From NCBI RefSeq assembly GCF_006345805.1, contig NC_042998.1:90520001-90584000 (forward strand): a stretch of DNA of 64,000 nucleotides, given 5' to 3'. The position numbers and the translations under genes were made by a program. Below the pieces are notes generated by a model. That model did no database searches and was not told the origin of the DNA. It was given only the letters and a program-made list of their open reading frames with translations. Shown here piece after piece: positions 1-12,171 of the stretch. This DNA is from Octopus sinensis. Lineage: Eukaryota. The first letter of the stretch is position 1. Every line of letters begins with the position of its first letter.

Positions 1-9
1 TATATATAC

Positions 10-44
<35 letters not shown>

Positions 45-69
45 CATACATACATATATATATATATAC

Positions 70-102
<33 letters not shown>

Positions 103-124
103 CATACATACATATATATATATA

Positions 125-157
<33 letters not shown>

Positions 158-216
158 CATACATATATATATATAATATATATATATACATACATATATA
201 TATATAGATACATATA

Positions 217-257
<41 letters not shown>

Positions 258-293
258 TATACATACATATATATTATAGATACATATATATAT

Positions 294-327
<34 letters not shown>

Positions 328-363
328 TATATATACATACATACATATATATATTATATATAT

Positions 364-414
<51 letters not shown>

Positions 415-422
415 CATACACA
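1..422. repeat. (TA)n/(TACA)n compound microsatellite
   Basis: Directly visible; truncated at the window start. Confidence 0.97.
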
Positions 423-423
423 T

Positions 424-830
424 AATGACCAGTGGGTAAGAAGTTCTCTTTGCAAGCTCATTGTTTTTAGTTCAGTCCTACTAAACTGTGTCTTGGGCTT
501 GGGCAAATGTTTTGTATGTAGCTCAAGGGCATCCATTGCTTATAAGTGAATTTGGTGCATGGAATTGTGGGAAGCTCATTGCATGTGTGAATGTTGGCAT
601 TCCTTGGCTTCACTTGAGTAAAATTGTGAATAATGTTTTACATTCCTTGTTGATACAATTAGTTGTTCTCTGCTTTAAAGACCCGTGAAATATAACATCC
701 CTTACTAGAAAAACAGGTAAGGATTTGCACCAAGAATAGTACCTGGCAGCAGATTCTGCCTCAAAAGTCCCTTCCCAACTCGTTTCTGCATAGATTATAT
801 GGGAGGTACATTTGAGGCAGTTAAATGAAT
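424..830 (+). mobile_element. Degenerate tRNA-derived SINE with RTE-like tail
   Basis: gtgggtaagaagt...gttcagtccta (A/B box-like) head, then ttgggcaaatgt and aaacaggtaaggatttgcaccaagaa, resembling copies at 29665, 42495 and 51915. Confidence 0.55.
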
Positions 831-2424
831 GATGTGAGTGAGTGTTGTAAAGTAACTTGGCGAGTCAAAATTGATTTTTGTTCTTATTCGCTTTTGCACT
901 ATCATTAATGCTTCTGGGAAAGTTATCACATTTCTGACTCTTTTAAATTTATAGACTTCAGTACCATATTGAACATTTTATTGGTTTTTTAGCATTTCAT
1001 TGAAATTGAACTAAATTTTTATTTGGTGGCTTAATCAAAAAGAAAGTATGATCCTAAATTGATTTCCAAAAAAGTTGAGGATGCAATGAGTAATAACGGT
1101 GTTTGTAGGCAGTATTTTATTTTCTTTATTAATAGGTGTATCAATCAAAATTTTAGCTAAATTTCTATTCTGAATGTAAAGTAATTTTGCTTGAGAAAAA
1201 AATCCAAATTATAGCATCTTGTACTATTTAGTATCCATTCTTATTTTGCGTCTGCTTTCCATGTTAGCATGGGTTGGATGGTTTTACAGGATTCAGCAGA
1301 TAAGATGATTGTGTCCAGCACCAACATAATCTTCTTTTATTGAGTGGGAAGTGCAGTGCCTATGACTCTTTACAGGGATCTGAGACTTGTGGGAAGGAGG
1401 TGGGATGGTGTCCTCAAGCCAAAGCATTAGGTGTTGGTGTTAATCTGAGTGATGGATTAAGTTAACCTCCCACGTAGGCCACAGTTGGATTTGAACTCAG
1501 AGTGCAAACATTCAAAACAAGTTTTAGTGGGGCATGAGTTTGATTTTTGCCATTTAATCACTGTTGATAGTACTTTAGTGGGCTGTGTGTGAAGTAGAGA
1601 ATGATCATAAGTTTCCATATTTTTTAGGACTTCGAACATTTGCATTTACAAATGTGCAACAATTATTTGAGTTATATGAAAACCATTCATGGTTACTAAA
1701 GACAGAATGAGTAGAAAGAATGAGAACACATTATCACAAAACTAGCCAACAGAGTTCTATGTAGCACCTAAAGCTATTCTGTTGGGAGTTCCATATCCTA
1801 GCTTTTTATAACCAATCTTCTGGACCCTTCAGCAGAAGTATCTGACAGGAAAATTTGTAAAACTTATTTGCATAAAAGGCATTAATGCCTTTTATGGTGA
1901 CTGTTTCTTGCAGCTAGCCTTTGCTTTTATGGCAGTACAGTTAGGCCGTGTTTCTAAGCTGGGTATCTGAGCAAGATGGCTCAAAACATAGAAACCTTGC
2001 TACAAAGTACTGCAAGGCATCTCATCTCATACACTAACAATTCTGCCAGTCTACTATCTAGAATGGTACCTTATCAACCATGAATGAAAGGCAATGTGGA
2101 ACTCAGCTGGATTTGAAATTGGAACACAAGAAACTGGAATGAAAACTGCAAAACCGTTGATGTTCTAATATTTCTGTAAATGTAGGCTACAAATTATTGC
2201 AGCCTACATCATACTCTTTAACTTAAACAACACATATTCATAATCATTTTGGGACCCTATTTCAAGTAAATGGTTTTAGTATTAAATTTTTTAACACAGC
2301 ATATAAATAAGTTAATAGAGGTTCTATTTTGTTTATAGCCAAATAGCTGGCTACTTGCATTGTAGAAGGCATGCCAATGTAAGTTTGAAAGAGATTATTA
2401 TTATTATTCTGTTTTCAATGTAAC

Positions 2425-2885
2425 ATAAAAAGCACCTGTGCTGGTTCCATATAACATGCACCTATTCTGGTGCAGTGTAGGAAAACATCCATTCAGGGTC
2501 ACGAAAAAACACCCATGCTGGTGGTGCCAGATAAAAAGCACCTGTGTTGGTTCCACATGTGAAGCACTTGTGCCTGTGCCATGTATGAAGCATTTGTGCC
2601 TGTGTCACATATGCAACACTTGTGCCTGTGCCACGTATGAGGCACTTGTGCTTGTGCCACGTATGAGGCACTTGTGCCTGTGTCACGTATAAGGCACCTG
2701 CACCGGTGCCACGTCTGAGGCACCTAGCACACTCTGTAAAGTGGTTGGCATTAGGGAAGGGCGTCCAGTCATAGAAACTATGCCAAAAGTAGACAACTGG
2801 AGTGTGGACAGCTATTCAGCTGGCCAGCTTCTGTCAAACTGTCCAACCCATGCTTGCTTGGAAAACATCAAATGATGATTATGAA
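2425..2885 (+). mobile_element. RTE LINE 3' tail carrying a 26-bp minisatellite
   Basis: ggttggcattagggaagggcgtccagtcatagaaac...ccaacccatgc...aaatgatgat, the same tail as the RTE ending at 42484. About 7 copies of aggcacttgtgcctgtgccacgtatg at 2536-2725. Confidence 0.85.
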
Positions 2886-3506
2886 TGTTACTTTATAAAT
2901 AGTTACTGTTGATAAAATCTAAATATTGAGCATTATTATCTGGAATGCTCATAAAAACCTGCAAAAATACCAAGTTATTGATCAGACGGGTGCTATGACA
3001 TTAGAAACCTAGATAACTGCTAACTCTTCATTTGGAACTGGAAATACATTTCCTATCTGTAATGTAACAGCTGGTTGTCAATAGTATTCAGATAATGGTG
3101 TTGAAAAGCAAACAGTTCATATCTTATAACTATTGCCTCAACTTTGCTGTCAACATGCAAACTTTAGCTAGTTTACTCATGCCATCTATAAATTGATTAG
3201 TACAACTCATACATAGGTTCAGTTCATTGCTAACAGTGAGCAGGTCTTTGAGTTCAAATCCTTTTATGAACTGAAGAAGGCGGGTGGAAGACACTCCAGT
3301 ATTCAGTTTCATATCCTTCTCCAGTTGTCCCAATCAACTTTTGTTAAAATCATCCAAAACAGGCATAAATTATCAGGGGATTATCTTAATCAATTTTCAA
3401 GAATTCTGTTATGATTTACTGTTCTTATAACAGGGCTTAGAACTTGGTATTTGAGTTTGCCTACAAATCATATCCACTGTTTCAAGCAAGATTCTTGATA
3501 TATATA

Positions 3507-3892
3507 GTCATCATCATCATTTTAATATTCACTTTTCCATACTTGCTTAGGTTGAACAGTTTGAAATTTTCTATAATTGAATACCATTCCTATCACCAAC
3601 CATCACGATTCCAAGCAAGGTGATATTTTTCCATGGCCAGACATGTTTTCATAGAATATGGGAAATGTGTCACTCATTTACAACTATCAATGTTAAGACA
3701 AGGAGACAAACACATCTGGATATGCATACACAACAGGATTCTTTCAGTTTCTGTCTACCAGATTTGCTCTCAAGGCTTTGGTCAGCCCAGGTCTAGAGTA
3801 AACACTTGCCCAACCTACCACACAGTGAGACTGAACCCAAAACCATGTGGTTGGGAAAAGCAGATTTCTTAACCGACACAGCCACACCTGCA
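3507..3892 (-). mobile_element. tRNA-derived SINE with RTE-type (GAT)n tail
   Basis: The reverse complement begins ggtgtggctgtgtcggttaagaa...cccaaccacatggttttgggttcagtctcact and ends in (gat)n. Confidence 0.8.
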
Positions 3893-3910
3893 CTTGTGTG
3901 TGTGTGCATA

Positions 3911-4165
3911 TACAGGGTGTTCAGACTAAGTATGATTTTTATGTCATGCTGCCTCACATCTTTGGACGAGGCCTTAAGCTTAATTCAGACAGCTATGTGA
4001 AGCTATTGGAGACTAGTCAAACCCTGGTTGGAGATGGTTGCTGCTAGAAGGCTATATGCGTGGTAGCAGGATCTGGCTCCTTGCCAACCTCTGGAAAGGG
4101 TCAGAACCAGTTGTTAGAGGATTTCTATGGCTTCACCAGCCCCAGTTTCTGGCTTCCTAATTCAT
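3911..4165 (+). mobile_element. Tc1/mariner-superfamily (DD37D/maT-like) transposon relic
   Basis: TA|CAGGGTGTTCAG terminal motif. Frameshifted peptide VMLPHIFGRGLKLNSDSYVKLLET/VKPWLEMVAARRLYAW*QDLAPC...FWLPNS matches the WQQDSAPCH and WPPNSPD motifs. Confidence 0.75.
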
Positions 4166-4624
4166 TAAGGTTACACACGTCTGAGGAATATTCATGCTAA
4201 TTCAATTGATTGATCAACTGAACACACATGACTAGAATTTCTAAAATTCTGTAGATCTTTTGCTCAGTATTAGTCTTATATCTGCACTTGTATGCACTGG
4301 CCTGGACAGTCAAATGATTAGTAGCATTGAAATTTATAGCTTATGTATAAATTATCAGTATGAATAATTCTATATCCAACAGTTCACAAATGGAAAAAAA
4401 AATGACCAAAATCTTACACTGTGTTGCACCATTTATCACACAAATTTTTTTATAGAAAAATAATGGTTGTTGCATTTTGTCTTGTCAGTAGCACTGATTT
4501 TTACTTCTAACATAGTTCTCTTAACTGAAAGCAAATTGGACCGTAATAAACATTTAAAACATGCAGTTTAATTTTTCTTTCCCTTCTTCAAGGTTAATCG
4601 ATACTAACAAGGAAACTTCTAGAT

Positions 4625-4789
4625 CAGTAGTTCCCAACCTGTGGTCTGCAGACCCCTTGTTGACTTCAAAGGTAGTTCTGGGGGTCCATCAGCATGTTAA
4701 GCTGATAGACCTTTCAATATCCTAGGGTCCATGGGAAATCTCATTTAAATAAAAGGGGTCCTTGGTAGTGAAGAGGTTGGGAACCATTG
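4625..4789. mobile_element. hAT-Charlie (MER5-like) MITE, 165 bp
   Basis: TIRs cagtagttcccaacct and aggttgggaaccattg; degenerate 8-bp TSD ttctagat / ttctaagt matching the NTCTAGAN Charlie target. Confidence 0.85.
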
Positions 4790-5404
4790 TTCTAAGTGAT
4801 GATATCATATATGATTTTTAGATTACTTTATCTCAGAAATTTCTAAACTAAATATGAATCATTCATCTGGTAATGGCGTCACAAAATAGTATTTGTTTTA
4901 TCAACTAAGATAAAAACTGAATCAGAAATTAAGAGTATAGTTTTCTTCAGTAATATATTGAACTATTAATTGAAACTACTTATTTCTAGATTTTTTTTGA
5001 ATGATTGTCTTGTCTTTCATCATCCTATAGGTATATTTAGAATAATGTCAATTCCATCCTATTAATACTTTTCTGTGAATGTAGTGTATTGTTTGTTAAT
5101 GGACTGAATTATGAAGTCTGCAAGCAGAAGCTTCATATTATATGTCATAACATTTATATAGATGTTGTATCGGTTACATTTTCCTTTAGATAATACTTTT
5201 CCATACGATAAAAAAAAATGTATTTACTATGAAATGTATTTCATTTCATGAACTCACTTCTGAAAAAGTAATATTATAGCCTTTTAAATGAAATATCTTA
5301 ACTTTTTTCTATTCTTTTCTTGGTTCTCTCAAAAACATATTTTTGCACCTAATACATTTTATTTATAACTTTCTGCTGTGACTGTGATTTACAAGTTGAT
5401 AATT

Positions 5405-5545
5405 GTTTTTTAGCCTCTGGTCAGTTTTGATTGAGCAGATCCAGCAACTTATTTTTTTTGGTCAGATGGAAACTGTGGTTTGAAAGAGATATGGTTGGTA
5501 TTTCTAGCAGGTTGAACAAGCCCATAAGAGCTTCACCATTGACTC
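5405..5545 (-). repeat. Dispersed repeat (SINE-like family also at ~20555-20690, 21640-21850, 43950-44170, 62240-62870)
   Basis: Shared motifs tttagcc..ggtcag.ttgattgagcaga and gatttgagagagatttgg.tg.tatttctagc seen in several copies. Confidence 0.5.
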
Positions 5546-6727
5546 TATAAAATTGTAGTTGTCTATATACAGTAGAAATTTTCTTAGTTTGATACCACCG
5601 TTTTGAGGAACCAAATGGTAGGAGATAGAATTGGTAGTGCCAGACAATAATGTCTTATGATCCCTTAGTTTTTGAGTTTCTTTATCTTTGAGTTTATCTT
5701 CTGGAATGTCTGAGGCTGTCTTATATTTTGTTACCGTTAAGTATATACCAGCGAAGTAATAGCATTGATTAAATCTGAGGCACTTCTCTCCACTATGTTT
5801 GTGACCATGATATGAAGTTAGAAATTAATATTGTAATGAACTATTGTAGCTAGATCTCTCATGTTTTATTTATTCTAATTTAGTTTCTTTCTGAAATTCA
5901 TGTCACAGACATTTCCCATAACAGCATATCACATTCCTTTCATTAATATTTCATCATTTGCCATCATTATAACATTTGTATGCTGTCACATACTAGTCAA
6001 GTCTGGCAGTAAAGCATATTGCTACTTGTTTCAGTATTTATAGAGTATTGGAACATTTTTCCATGGATACAATTTATTAAGAGGAATTGTATAAGTAATT
6101 TCTAAATTTGAAATTCTAATGCACATGCATGCACACATATGTACATATGCAGCTGATTAATGCTGAAAATATTTTAATTTTTTTGATATCTAACTTGTGT
6201 AGTATTTTAGTTGCAAGTAATACTTCATTATTAGTATCCAACAAGAAACTTAGTTGGCATCTACACAAGATTATTCTGAAATCCTTAGTCCTTGACAATA
6301 TTGTTTCATTTCTATATTGGCATAGAGAAAGAGGGTCCACATAAGAGCATCTATTTAATCAACCCTGTCTTGTTTGGTCATGTCCATATAACCAATAAAC
6401 GTAATTTTTGTAATTACTTCATTCTAATTCTTCCTTATTACATTTCCTACTAATCTCTACCAAAATTCATTAATTAATTTTGCTCTGATTCTAATCATAC
6501 TTCAAGATTTCCTAATATTGATAGGAATCCAATAGAATAAATCCCTTTAATCCAAACTATTTTGAATGTGCCTCATTAGCATTGGAAGTGTCAAATTTAA
6601 ACTTATCAAAACTGAAAATTTTGTCTTTAACGTCCAAAAAGATGCGATTAACTTGTATATATTATTAATACAGTCTTGTGCTAAAAAGCTTTAGGTATCA
6701 TCTTTTTAAATTGCTTTATTCATATGA

Positions 6728-7703
6728 AGGTGGGGGCTGTGTGGTAAGAAGCTGGTTTCCCACGGATTTGGAAAGACAAGTAATATTTCCACTAATAAAA
6801 ACTACAAAAAGATCAAATTTAGTCCTATGGAACAGAGAATAGGAATTTTGCTAGAACTGACAGTGCCATGGGAAGAGAACATCGGCAATGCAGAGGAATG
6901 GAAGGAGAAGAGGTATGAAAAACTAATCAGAGTGCAGAGAACAGGGATGGAATGTCGAGTATTACCACCTGGCAGTGGGGGCTAGGGGCTTCATTGAAAG
7001 AAAAATGACAAGGCTATTCAAAAGAAGATTTGTTTTTTCTAGCTCGGAGCTGAGAAAACTAATAAGGAGAGTACAGGAGGCGGTCGAAAAAGCCAGCTTC
7101 TATATATGGCTGAAGCGGGAAGACCAAAAATGGTTTGAAAATCATAACATGCCGGCGGAAAATAACATCACTACGTGAGACATGCTGACACTGAATTAGC
7201 TTCGCTGACTGACAGCTGACAGTCATTTAGAGAATGTGTGGCCTAAGACTACGCACCTTCATTGGTCAGTTAAAGCTGAGACAGTGTCACGTGACAACTT
7301 GCTGGGGCTGCCTGCTGGAGCCTAGCAGCAGGTATTTAAGGGGAAAAAAATTGACAAAACAGTCAGTCGACTGCTGACACTCGTTGACACCACATCGAAG
7401 GGGCCAGGGAACAGAAGAAAGAAGACATGCACCCAACACCAGAGCTGAAGACACCTCTGAAAGGGGGGGGAGGCCCGCCACGTCAAAACGGTAGAGGAGT
7501 AGGGGCCGAAACCGGACGTGGTTCCTACTGATGATGTCTTGAGCTAACTGGATCCTATAAAGGAACTGTTGTGGTAGCAGACCACAAAACATGGTTGAAA
7601 TTCCTCCCTGGGTTCAGTCACAGCTTGGGCACATGTCTTCTTTAGCCTCAGGTCAACCAAAGCCTTGTGAGTTGATTTGGTAGACAGAAACTGAAAGAAG
7701 CTC

Positions 7704-7749
<46 letters not shown>

Positions 7750-7970
7750 CATGTTTGTATTTATGTTTGTCTCTCCCCCTCCCACCACTTGATAACTAGT
7801 GTTGGTGTGCTTATGCACCCGTAACTTAGTGGTTTGGCAAAAGACACTAATAGAATAAGTACTAGACTTAAAAGAATATGTACTGGGGTTGATTTGTTCA
7901 ACTAAAATGCTCCAAGGTGGTGTCCCAGCATGCCTACAGTCAAATGATTGGAATGCTTAAAAGATAAGAT
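6728..7970 (+). mobile_element. tRNA-derived SINE (same family as 56198-56612) split by a Hero LINE insertion; SINE parts 6728-6762 and ~7581-7970
   Basis: Head ggctgtgtggtaagaagctggtttccca; resumes accac..catggtt..gggttcagtc, then (TA)n(TG)n, gtaacttagtggtttggcaaaag, and tail cagtcaaatgattggaa. Confidence 0.85.
6763..7580 (+). mobile_element. 3' fragment of a Hero-clade (RLE-type) non-LTR retrotransposon
   Basis: Peptide DLERQVIFPLIKTTKRSNLVLW...LELTVPWEENI...YEKL../CREQGW...VGARGF...AVEKASFYIWLKR..W matches the Hero restriction-like endonuclease C-terminus (RPD..LW, ELTVPWEE, EVGCRGF, AEKAS.W.W.KR). Stop at 7176-7178, then a GC-richer 3' UTR. Confidence 0.85.
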
Positions 7971-8290
7971 ATTACTGTATCTGATGGCATAAAAGACACA
8001 CATGCAATTTCAGCAGCACATATTCAGGAAAATGCATTAAAGCATGCAATATTTAAAGCAATTCTGCATGATGGACCCAGGGCGTTTTTTTTTTTTTTTT
8101 AGTTACTGACTCTGAAGAAAGCATCATATATGCCATTAAATACAGTAACTCATTGCATATATGTATATATGTGAGTGTGCATATATACAAAAATATAAAA
8201 AATGTGTGTATTTATCTACTTATAATGTATGTATATATGTATGTAATGTGCATATATATATATATATATATATATAAGTGCATATATATA

Positions 8291-8970
8291 ACCTGTGGTT
8301 GAGGTAGACACAGGAAGACATGGGACAAAGTGGTGAAGAATGATCTTTGGACTTTGAGCCCCACAGAGGCAATGACCGAAAACTTTGGCATTATTTCTTG
8401 CTGGAGAAGACTCATCAAGCCAAGCAAAATTGCAGTCGTGGCAGATACTGGTTTCACACAAATGGCACGTAAAAGCATCCATTACACTGAATGGTTGGCG
8501 TTAGGAAGGGCATCCAGCTGTAGAAAACCATGCCAAATCAGACTGGAGTCCAGTGCAGCCTTCCAGCTTACCAGCCTTGGTCAAACTATCGAATCCATGA
8601 CAACAGACATTAAATGATGATATATAAGTGCATATATATAACCTGTGGTTGAGGTAGACACAGGAAGACATGGACAAAGTGGTGAAGAATGATCTTTGGA
8701 CTTTGAGCCCCACAGAGGCAATGACCGAAAACTTTGGCATTATTTCTTGCTGGAGAAGACTCATCAAGCCAAGCAAAATTGCAGTCGTGGCAGATACTGG
8801 TTTCACACAAATGGCACGTAAAAGCATCCATTACACTGAATGGTTGGCGTTAGGAAGGGCATCCAGCTGTAGAAAACCATGCCAAATCAGACTGGAGTCC
8901 AGTGCAGCCTTCCAGCTTACCAGCCTTGGTCAAACTATCGAATCCATGGACAACAGACATTAAATGATGA
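8291..8970 (+). mobile_element. Head-to-tail dimer of a 5'-truncated RTE 3' end (350-bp period)
   Basis: Two near-identical copies (8291-8620 and 8641-8970), separated and flanked by tatataagtgcatatatat. Confidence 0.92.
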
Positions 8971-9194
8971 TATATAAAGTGCATATATATTTATATATAT
9001 GTGCATATATATGTGTGCACATATATATGTGCACATAAATATATTTATGTATATGTGCATATATGTGTGCACACATACATAATGTATAATCCCATGTCTA
9101 CGTCTTGTTTTTTTATAAATTTGAACTATATATATATACACACACATACACACACACACATGCACACACATATACACTTGATCACTAAATCCAC

Positions 9195-9357
9195 ACTTTT
9201 TTTTTATTGTCTGTTTATTTTCTCTTATTCCTTTCTGCTGAAGAGCATAGGCTTGTAATGTTAGACTTTTTAATTTTTCCTGAGCATTAAACTAATACAC
9301 CTGTTTTATTGTTCATACACCTGTCTTCGTCTTTTGTTTTACTGTAAATTTCGACTA
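9195..9357 (+). mobile_element. Short (TA)n-associated repeat, probably a Penelope-like terminal repeat with a decayed hammerhead motif
   Basis: ctgaagagcataggcttgtaatgtta at 9238-9263. The 3' end tcttttgttttactgtaaatttcgactatat recurs at ~9095-9130. Confidence 0.45.
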
Positions 9358-10104
9358 TATGTATGTGTGTATATATATATTATATGTGTATATATATATG
9401 TGTATATATATATATGTGTATATATATATGTGTGTATATATATATATGTGTGTATATATATATATATATAATATATATATATATATATGTGTGTGTATGA
9501 ATATATATATATATATGTGTGTATGAATATATATATATATATGTGTGTATGAATATATATATATATATGTGTGTATGAATATATATATATATATGTGTGT
9601 ATGAATATATATATATATATGTGTGTATGAATATATATATATATGTGTGTATGAATATATATATATATATGTGTGTGTATGAATAATATATATATATATA
9701 TGTGTGTATGAATATATATATATATATATGTATGTGTGTATGAATTATATATATATATATAATGTGTGTGTATGAATATATATATATATATATATATGTG
9801 TGTATGAATATATATATATATATATATATGTGTGTATGAATATATATATATATATATATGTGTGTATGAATATATATATTATATATATATGTGTTGTATG
9901 AATATATTATATATATATATGTGTGTATGAATATATATATATATATATATGTGTGTATGAATTATATATATATATATGTGTGTAGAATATATATATATAT
10001 ATGTGTGTGTATGAATATATATATATATAATGTGTGTATGAATATATATATATATATATGTGTGTATGAATATATATATATATATTATATATATATGTTG
10101 TGTA

Positions 10105-10147
<43 letters not shown>

Positions 10148-10234
10148 ATGAATTATATATATATATATATATATATTATATATGTGTGTGTATGAATATA
10201 TATTATATATATATATATATATATATGTTGTGTA

Positions 10235-10271
<37 letters not shown>

Positions 10272-10317
10272 ATGAATATATATAATATATATATATATAT
10301 ATAATGTGTGTATGAAT

Positions 10318-10348
<31 letters not shown>

Positions 10349-10402
10349 GTGTGTATGAATATATATATATATATAATATATATATATATATGGTGTGTAT
10401 GA

Positions 10403-10434
<32 letters not shown>

Positions 10435-10467
10435 ATGAATATATATATATATATATATATGTGTGTA

Positions 10468-10506
<39 letters not shown>

Positions 10507-10587
10507 ATGAATATAATATATATTATATATATATATGTGTGTATGAATATATATATATATATATATATATATGTGGTGTATGAATAT

Positions 10588-10618
<31 letters not shown>

Positions 10619-10670
10619 GTGTGTATGAATATATATTATATATATATATATATATATATGTGTGTATGTA

Positions 10671-10727
<57 letters not shown>

Positions 10728-10728
10728 A
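9355..10728. repeat. ~1.4 kb compound array [GTGTGTATGAA(TA)n]m
   Basis: Directly visible: dozens of units with variable (TA) length. Confidence 0.97.
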
Positions 10729-11200
10729 AATCCGTTCTGTCTGTGTGTGTGTCTTCTAGGATCACGGGCATCCTCCATCCGATTGCGCTCAAATTTGATA
10801 TGTAGATACCGACGGTATCAGGGTGTGTATAAGTCTTGAAAAAATTACAAAAATCGATTCCAGGTGAGAATGCAATTAATAAAGCCATGGGAACGTGCAT
10901 TTGTACGTGCAAGTACATCAGCTGTTGCGATCTATACTATGCATACGTGAGAAAAAGGCTTGTGCAGTTTGCGCAAAAAAAGCTGCCTGGCTTGAAATAA
11001 TGCCACAAAATGCAGTATATTTAAGAGACCAAAAAAGAAAGATGCAAAAGAGATATTTTCTTCAAACCTGGCATGAAGGACGGAAAGACTATTTGGTTTC
11101 TCAAGAAGTTTTTTTTTTGGCCTTAACTTCGTTTAACAAAACCAAAAATTTTATTGAAATAAATGCAAGCTTAATTATTTTTTAATGAAAAGAAAACACT
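10720..11200 (+). mobile_element. 5' part of a non-autonomous Helitron-like element
   Basis: tatataaaatccgttctgtctgtgtgtg...ccgattgcgctcaaatttg has the same architecture as the 5' end of the Helitron at 31512-31895. No 3' CTAG hairpin end found; the right boundary is uncertain. Confidence 0.5.
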
Positions 11201-11265
11201 GATTGCTTTTTATTCTGCAGATATGATTTAGCACTGTCCATTGGATGGGGTGGGGGTGCGCTTTG

Positions 11266-11268
<3 letters not shown>

Positions 11269-11310
<42 letters not shown>
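11269..11310. repeat. (TA)n microsatellite
   Basis: Directly visible. Confidence 0.95.
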
Positions 11311-11312
<2 letters not shown>

Positions 11313-12171
11313 CAAATCGAATGCACTCAGAAAAAACTTCATCAAGTGACATAATAGGTTTCTGAGTTATAAGATTTACATTTCACTCATAGGTGTAGCT
11401 GGATGATGTTGGTAGTATTGGTGTATTGATAGTAGTTGGTTCTTAAATTCATTGATGGAGCAGAATAACAGTGGTGTCTATTCAGAACTCGACAAGCAGG
11501 AAGTACATATATAAACCTGTACTTTGAGAACTTAAGCCAAATAATGTTTGTAAATTTTCTGAGCTGTTATCAGTGGGATTCATTTCAATGGTTGTTTGCT
11601 GAATCTAAATAGCAATTGTTTTAGAAACTCAGCTTCCAGATAGTTGTATTTTCAAGTGTATGACTTTCTGAAATCTGACCACAATACAGCTGGGCTACTT
11701 ATCCTTTGATGTGTCACAGCTTAATCACCCTTGTCACCATTTGTGTCTCCTAAATCTGTTGAATCTGGATCTTTAAATTCTGCTGAAGCTGACATTTTTG
11801 GATTGAAAGAATGACATGTGTCTTCCATAAATGCAGTAGCTATCTTTCCAATAAATTATGTATTGATCTGCATGGAATAATCAACAGGTTGTTTATAAAA
11901 ATCTTTGTTTAAAAAATAACATCTGCACACACAGCAGCTGGACACATTAAAGAAAAAAGAAAAAGAAAAAACTTGAAGTGTTTTGTTGCTACTGAAAATA
12001 AGCAAGCATTGTTATCACATCACATTACATTATTAAATATTTTTACTATGAGGTCATTTTAGTTTCCAATCTCAAATATTCTTTAGCTTATTTCATCTTT
12101 AAAAAGCACTTGTATTTTATGTGGGTGGTTTGCATAGAGATGGCAAGAAGTAAGGAGTTGAGCTTTGACTG

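Noticed and set aside
2536-2725. CRISPR-like appearance of short repeats
   Set aside because: The units are directly tandem with no unique spacers, there are no cas genes, and the context is eukaryotic.
9891-10778. Longest ORFs in the track (up to 191 aa, YI/IY-rich)
   Set aside because: These are translations of the (TA)n array, not genes. The same applies to the ORFs at 354, 8935-9258, 22729 and 33455.
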